DNA from: an uncultured delta proteobacterium
GTDB lineage: Bacteria > Desulfobacterota > Binatia > UBA9968
Length of the DNA: 64,000 nucleotides
Assembly (NCBI GenBank): GCA_963840855.1
Contig: CAWJBB010000061.1
Span: 32,001-96,000, forward strand
Reading direction: 5' to 3'
Below are positions 59,101 to 64,000 of the stretch, piece by piece. The notes beneath the pieces were generated by a model, which ran no database searches, was not told the DNA's origin, and saw nothing but the letters and a program-made list of their open reading frames with translations. Position 1 is the first letter of the stretch. Every line of letters begins with the position of its first letter. The translations under genes and the position numbers were made by a program.

Positions 59101-59959
59101 TCAATGCTGAACGGCGCGCTTCGCGGCTAAGATACGATGAGGCCGACGCGGCGACTTCGGCAACAAGAGACCCCATTTTTGGATGAGTGGGTTCGAGATC
59201 CGGTTTGAGGCCGAATTGTTCCAGCACTTCCGTGCATACCGGCCCGACGGACGCGACCACGATATTCTTGCACGCCAAACGTAATTTCTCATCGGCCTTG
59301 TCGTCGGCGGCGACTCGGAACAGGTGATCGACCTGCGCACCGTTGGTGAAAAGCGCGATATCCACTTCGCCACCTAGAATTTCTTGAATCCCCTGGCGCA
59401 AGGGCCCAATGTCTTCCGGCAACGCCCACCGATAAATGGGAATCGTCTGCAGGACAGCGCCGCGCTGCTCGAGCGCTGACACAAGCTCCGGATTGGGAAT
59501 GCCGTATTCCTGAACCGCGATCCGTTTGCCGCGAAGTTCGACGGCCCCATCGAGAGTGGCGAGCACTTCACGCCAAGTGTTGGGTTCCGGCACGGTGATT
59601 GCGGCTTGCAATCCCAACTCTTTGAGCGCCGCGATGGGCTTTGGCCCGCGCGCCACGAGTCGCGTTTGACCTAGGGCCGAAAGGATTCTCTCCTGGGGAA
59701 ATTGCGTCAGCAGCGCGCCATTCAGCGTGCGTGTGCCGACCCCGGTCATAAGCACGAGGAGGTCGACCTCGCCGGCTTCCAGCTGCCGGAAGAGATCGAG
59801 AGCCGCGCGGTTCTCGCCGAGAGGAATTTCGCGCATCGACGGCGCGAGAATGGGCTTCCCGCCGTAGCGCCGGATTAGTTCCGCCATCTCCTTGGCGCGG
59901 CGGCTTTCGAAGGAGACAACCCTAAGCCCCTGTAGGTCGGGCCGCGAAATCGCATTCAT
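59101..59959 (-). CDS. hemD: Uroporphyrinogen-III synthase
   Basis: FESRRA.EM, TGVG, ARGPKP, YRWALPED and SVGP..TE.L. A likely frameshift near 59140 would give the end RILAAKRAVQH*. Confidence 0.88.
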
Positions 59960-60719
59960 GGACCGCCTGATTGTAAGACACAGGCATGAACCATTGCAAC
60001 TTATCGGCTAACGAAACGACATCGCCGACTACGATCAAAGCCGGGGGCTGAACATGCGCGGACCTTTCGACGATGTTCGCGAGAGTCCCGATAACGAGTT
60101 CTTGCGCGATTGTCGTGCCGCGATGGATCACCGCCACTGGAGTTTCCGGCCGACGGCCGTGCGCGATGAGCTTAGGGACGATGATGGGGAGATTGGCAAG
60201 GCCCATCAAAATAACCAGGGTATCCACCGCCGTCGCAAGTTTCGACCAGTCCACCGAATCCTGCGACTTGCGCGCCTCATGGCCGGTGACGACCGCGAAG
60301 GACGAGGCTAATTTCCGATGCGTCAGCGGGATACCCGCGTAGGCGGGCACCGCCACCGCAGAACTGACACCAGGAATAATCTCGAAAGGAATGCCGGCAT
60401 CCGCCAGCGCTTCAGCCTCTTCTCCACCGCGACCGAAAACGAATGGATCGCCGCCTTTCAGCCGGACCACTTCATAACCAAGCCTGGCGTAGTCGATCAA
60501 CGCCCGGTTGATCGCCTCTTGAGGAACGCAATGACGCCCCGCTTGTTTGCCCGCGAAAATCCTTTGCGCCACCGGCGAACACTCTTCGAGAATCGCCGGA
60601 TTCACGAGCTGATCGTAGACGACCACTTGGGCCTGGCGCAGCAGTTCCAATCCGCGCACCGTGAGCAAACCCGGATCGCCCGGTCCAGCGCCGACGAGAT
60701 AAACTTTGCCTGTGTTCAT
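59922..60719 (-). CDS. cobA: Uroporphyrinogen-III C-methyltransferase
   Basis: VYLVGAGPGDPGLLT, VVRLKGGDPFVFGRGGEE and AGIPLTHR. Confidence 0.96.
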   Translation of the reverse strand: MNTGKVYLVGAGPGDPGLLTVRGLELLRQAQVVVYDQLVNPAILEECSPVAQRIFAGKQAGRHCVPQEAINRALIDYARLGYEVVRLKGGDPFVFGRGGEEAEALADAGIPFEIIPGVSSAVAVPAYAGIPLTHRKLASSFAVVTGHEARKSQDSVDWSKLATAVDTLVILMGLANLPIIVPKLIAHGRRPETPVAVIHRGTTIAQELVIGTLANIVERSAHVQPPALIVVGDVVSLADKLQWFMPVSYNQAVHECDFAARPTGA

Positions 60720-61345
60720 GAAACAGCTCCCAACGTTTTGAGAAGTAGCGCTTTCGCCTGCTCGGCTTGGTCCTCTTTAAGCAAGCGGCGGAATTCCCCG
60801 GTCAACGCTTCGTTCCACACACGCGCGCTCGCGACAATAGATTTTTCCCTGAGTTCCCGGCGGACCTCGCCGGCGATTTGCACGAGTCGCGCATAGTCCG
60901 CCGTGAAGTAGTTTTCCAGTTCCTCGCGAATCGCTCGCGTCGTCGCCGGACTCGCTCCCCCCGTCGAGATCGCCACCGAAAGCTCGCCGCGGCGAACTAC
61001 CGCCGGCAGAATGAAATCGCAATTTTCCGGATCATCGGCCGAGTTGATCCAAACAGCTCGCGAACGCGCCTCTGAAAAAACCGCCTGATTGGCGACGCCG
61101 TCATCGGTGGCGACGAACACAAGGTCAAACCCCTCGATGTCCCCGGCCTCATAGGCGCGTGCCATGTATCGCAAGGCGCGTTCTCTTGCCAACTTTTCAA
61201 GCCGGTCGGTGATTGCCGGACTGACGACGGTCACAGCGGCTCCGGCGGACAAAAGCCCTTCAACTCTCCGTTCGGCCACGGGGCCGCCGCCGATCACGAC
61301 GCAGCGCCGCCGACTTACGTCGAGGAAAATCGGATAGAAGCCCAT
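60716..61345 (-). CDS. Precorrin-2 dehydrogenase / sirohydrochlorin ferrochelatase (CysG-B/SirC/Met8-like)
   Basis: YPIFLD, VIGGG.VA.R, N.ADD...CDFILPA and ISTGG.SP. Confidence 0.93.
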   Translation of the reverse strand: MGFYPIFLDVSRRRCVVIGGGPVAERRVEGLLSAGAAVTVVSPAITDRLEKLARERALRYMARAYEAGDIEGFDLVFVATDDGVANQAVFSEARSRAVWINSADDPENCDFILPAVVRRGELSVAISTGGASPATTRAIREELENYFTADYARLVQIAGEVRRELREKSIVASARVWNEALTGEFRRLLKEDQAEQAKALLLKTLGAVS

Positions 61346-61418
61346 GGGTGCTTTTTCACTCGGTCATAGAAACGATGCGCAGCTCGTTTGCGGAGTCTGT
61401 CTTGCACTCCTCGGTCGC

Positions 61419-62165
61419 TCAGCTTTTCCCTTCCGAGCCGAGGTGCAGCCCGCACTCCTTGGTATCGGGATTCTCCCACCACCAACGGCCCGCGCGAAGA
61501 TCCTCGACCCGCTTGACCGCGCGGGTGCAAGGAGCGCAGCCGATACTGGAGTAGCCTTGATCGTGAAGCCGGTTGTAGGGCACGTCATTATTCCGGATAT
61601 AGTCCCACACCTGATCGTAACTCCAGTCCGCCAGCGGATTGACCTTGATAATATCGCCGTGTTCTCTGTCCAACTCGATTTTTCTTACCGCGCTCCGCGT
61701 TACGGCCTGCTCGCGGCGCAGTCCGGTCATCCACGCCCCGAGATCGTTCAGCGCGCGGTTGAGCGGCTCGACCTTGCGGATGCCGCAGCACAGTTTACGC
61801 AGTTCGACGGAGTTGTAAAACAGATTTAGCCCATGTCCCCGGACCATCTCCTGAACTTTGATGGCGTCGGGGAAATAGACTTCCACGCCCACCCGGTAAC
61901 GCGCCCGGATCGCATCCATGCAGTCGTAAGTTTCCTGGTTGAGGCGGCCGGTATCAAGGGTAAAGATCCGGAAATCCGATCCGCGCATTCGGTGCATCAA
62001 GTCGATAAGCACGGATTCTTCGGCCTGAAAAGAACAGGCCAGCGCGATGCGCGGCGAAAATTTGTCCAGCGCCCAGGCCAAAATCTCCTCAGTGGAGAGA
62101 TCCTCCAACCCCGCGGTGACTTCCGTGCGGATTAGTTCCTCGGTGTTCAGTAACGACAATTCCAT
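61419..62165 (-). CDS. cysH: APS/PAPS reductase, 4Fe-4S (APS-reductase) type
   Basis: LDTGRL..ET, CC..RKVEPL, SIGCAPCT, RAGRWWWE and ECGLH. Confidence 0.95.
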   Translation of the reverse strand: MELSLLNTEELIRTEVTAGLEDLSTEEILAWALDKFSPRIALACSFQAEESVLIDLMHRMRGSDFRIFTLDTGRLNQETYDCMDAIRARYRVGVEVYFPDAIKVQEMVRGHGLNLFYNSVELRKLCCGIRKVEPLNRALNDLGAWMTGLRREQAVTRSAVRKIELDREHGDIIKVNPLADWSYDQVWDYIRNNDVPYNRLHDQGYSSIGCAPCTRAVKRVEDLRAGRWWWENPDTKECGLHLGSEGKS

Positions 62166-62179
62166 TTCCATCCTTCCAG

Positions 62180-62755
62180 TCAATTTTTTGACAGACGGTC
62201 CAGCAATTCTTCGGCGGAGAACGAACAGGACGCTTTGATGCGAACGGCGAATTTCCTGCGCCCATCCGGCTCGCGTTCCAAACTGATTTCGGCGCCGCCG
62301 AAAAGTTTCTTGGCCACGGCTTCGATCTCCGGCCCAACGGCGGCAAATGATTCGTCGGCATTGGGCGACGTCAACCGGTCATGGATCGCTATCACCGCCT
62401 CGTTGCCAAGCAATTTGAATTTTCCACCCAGCTTGGGCTCCCGCGCCAACTTGCTGAAGTTCTCCAGCCCCGAACGCAGCACCGCACGGAGCCTTTCTTG
62501 ATTTGAGCCGCTAAGAGGGCTCTTGCGGCTGTAGAGCAGTCCGCGCCGGTAATCCGACTCGTCGATACTGACGTTGGCGTCATTGGCAACGAGGACGATC
62601 CCCGGCCCGGCATGCATGTGGCTGTAGTCGGCGACATCGTGGTACACCCCGTCGGTGGCCTGGATCCAGCCGTGAAAAATATCGATAAAATCCGTCAGCG
62701 GAACGGTATTGGGCTGTTCGACAAACCATTTCACGCTGAGCTTTTCAAGTTCCAT
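62180..62755 (-). CDS. Hypothetical protein within the sulfate assimilation operon
   Basis: Co-oriented and tightly packed between sulfite reductase and cysH. Contains FH.WIQ...DVADYSHMHAGPGIVLV. Confidence 0.75.
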   Translation of the reverse strand: MELEKLSVKWFVEQPNTVPLTDFIDIFHGWIQATDGVYHDVADYSHMHAGPGIVLVANDANVSIDESDYRRGLLYSRKSPLSGSNQERLRAVLRSGLENFSKLAREPKLGGKFKLLGNEAVIAIHDRLTSPNADESFAAVGPEIEAVAKKLFGGAEISLEREPDGRRKFAVRIKASCSFSAEELLDRLSKN

Positions 62756-62769
62756 CTTCACTTCCGTTC

Positions 62770-64000
62770 CTACGCGCTTGGCTGCGCGGCGGCAGCCACT
62801 GTCACCGCGCTCTGCACTGGTCCGCGTACTTTGCTATGGCAATCATGGGCAGCGTCGATGAAAAGCTGGGCTTCCTGAAGCAGCTGCACCGCGCGGTCGG
62901 CGTCGGCCGCTCGCGCCGGCGCCGATAAATTCCTTCGCCTTGAACAGATATTCGGCGAACTTGCCGCCGGCATACTTGTCCCAGAAAAGCTGCGTGTCGT
63001 AGAAGCGCTTGGTGAATTCTCCGATGATCTGATTTTCATCTTCGGAGATGGCCGGGTTCTGGTCCTTCACCAATCCCTGGGCGGCGCGCACCATCGAAGC
63101 GTAGGCGCCTTTCACCGCCTCCTGTGAGCGGCCGGCGTCTAAGAGCAACTGCGCTTCGAACAACTCGCGCTCGCTGGCGGCCAAGGTAAACTCAGCCTGG
63201 CTGACGACTTCGCCGGCGCACTCGCCGACGCCCATGTCCGCGAGCGTAAACTCGCGCGGATCGCCCCAGTCGCTGTAATAGGATCGATCCACCTCGTGGG
63301 CCGGAATTTTGGTGAGATCTTCCAGCAGATCCTTGATCGCCTTTTTGCCGAGGCGCGCGACGAATTCTTGGAACCGTTCGTCCTTTCGGCGTTGGCGCAC
63401 GTAAAACTCGGTGATGGACAAGACCGCTTCCGGAATCCGCTTCGACGGCACGGCGCCGATCGCCACGCCGTACTCGCCGGCGTTGTCATGAAACTTGCCG
63501 CCGAGAATGACTTGAAAATGCGGCACCTGAAATCCTTTCACGTTGCGGTTAATGCCGTAGAATCCGATGTCGGCGATGTGGTGCTGGCCGCAAGAGTTGA
63601 AACAGCCGCTGACTTTGATGCGCAGATTTTTGACGGCTTCATCGAGCTGCAAACTTTTTTCGCCCAGGCGAACGCGCAACTCGCGCGCGAGACCGCGCGA
63701 TGAAGCTATGCCCAGTTTACAGGTGTCCGTGCCGGGGCATGCGGTTACATCGACGATGGTCGCGGCGTCGGCCGCGCCCAGGCCAATGGCTTCAATCGCT
63801 TGGTAGAATTCCGGCAGATCGGCTTCACTCACCCAGCGGAAGAGAACATTTTGCTCCACCGTCGTGCGCAGCGTGTCTTTAACGAATCGCCGCGCTATAT
63901 CGGCGAGTGCGCGCAGCTGATCGGCGCTGGCATCGCCCAGCGGCAGCGTCACCGTGGCGGCGACATAGCCGGGTTGCCGTTGTTTGTAGACGTTCGTCGC
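62770..64000 (-). CDS. Siroheme nitrite/sulfite reductase with a C-terminal extension; 5' end outside the window, frameshift near 62910
   Basis: RTTVEQN, ACPGTDTCKLG and KVSGCFNSCGQHH..DIG siroheme/4Fe-4S motifs. The tail continues in ORF 62770..63039. Confidence 0.92.

Overview
A GC-rich bacterial chromosomal segment. The many orphan substrate-binding proteins, SDR, LLM and VOC enzymes and short palindromic intergenic repeats suggest Candidatus Binatia or a related deltaproteobacterial lineage, but this is inference only. Scattered single-base indels split several genes, which is typical of a long-read consensus. The left third is catabolic and transport accessory DNA with several gene remnants. 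The middle is a core block (queG, NtrY-like kinase, ruvCAB, yebC, rlpA, acnA). After it come a repeat-containing surface protein preceded by a c-di-GMP-I riboswitch and a sigma-54 promoter, an orphan GrdE/GrdB-like pair, and a sulfate-assimilation/siroheme operon that runs off the right end. Most notable: (1) the partner gene of the NtrY-like kinase encodes an NtrX-type receiver domain fused in frame to a complete LpxC, suggesting direct phosphorylation control of lipid A synthesis. (2) A hidden selenoprotein (in-frame UGA plus a SECIS-like hairpin) of the GrdB family lacks both cysteines of UxxCxxC, and its GrdE-like partner lacks the pyruvoyl-forming motif, with no grdA/C/D nearby. (3) An attenuator-like RNA lies between an MpsC/DUF2294 gene and a 52-aa membrane protein. 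I saw no tRNA, rRNA, CRISPR array or transposase.
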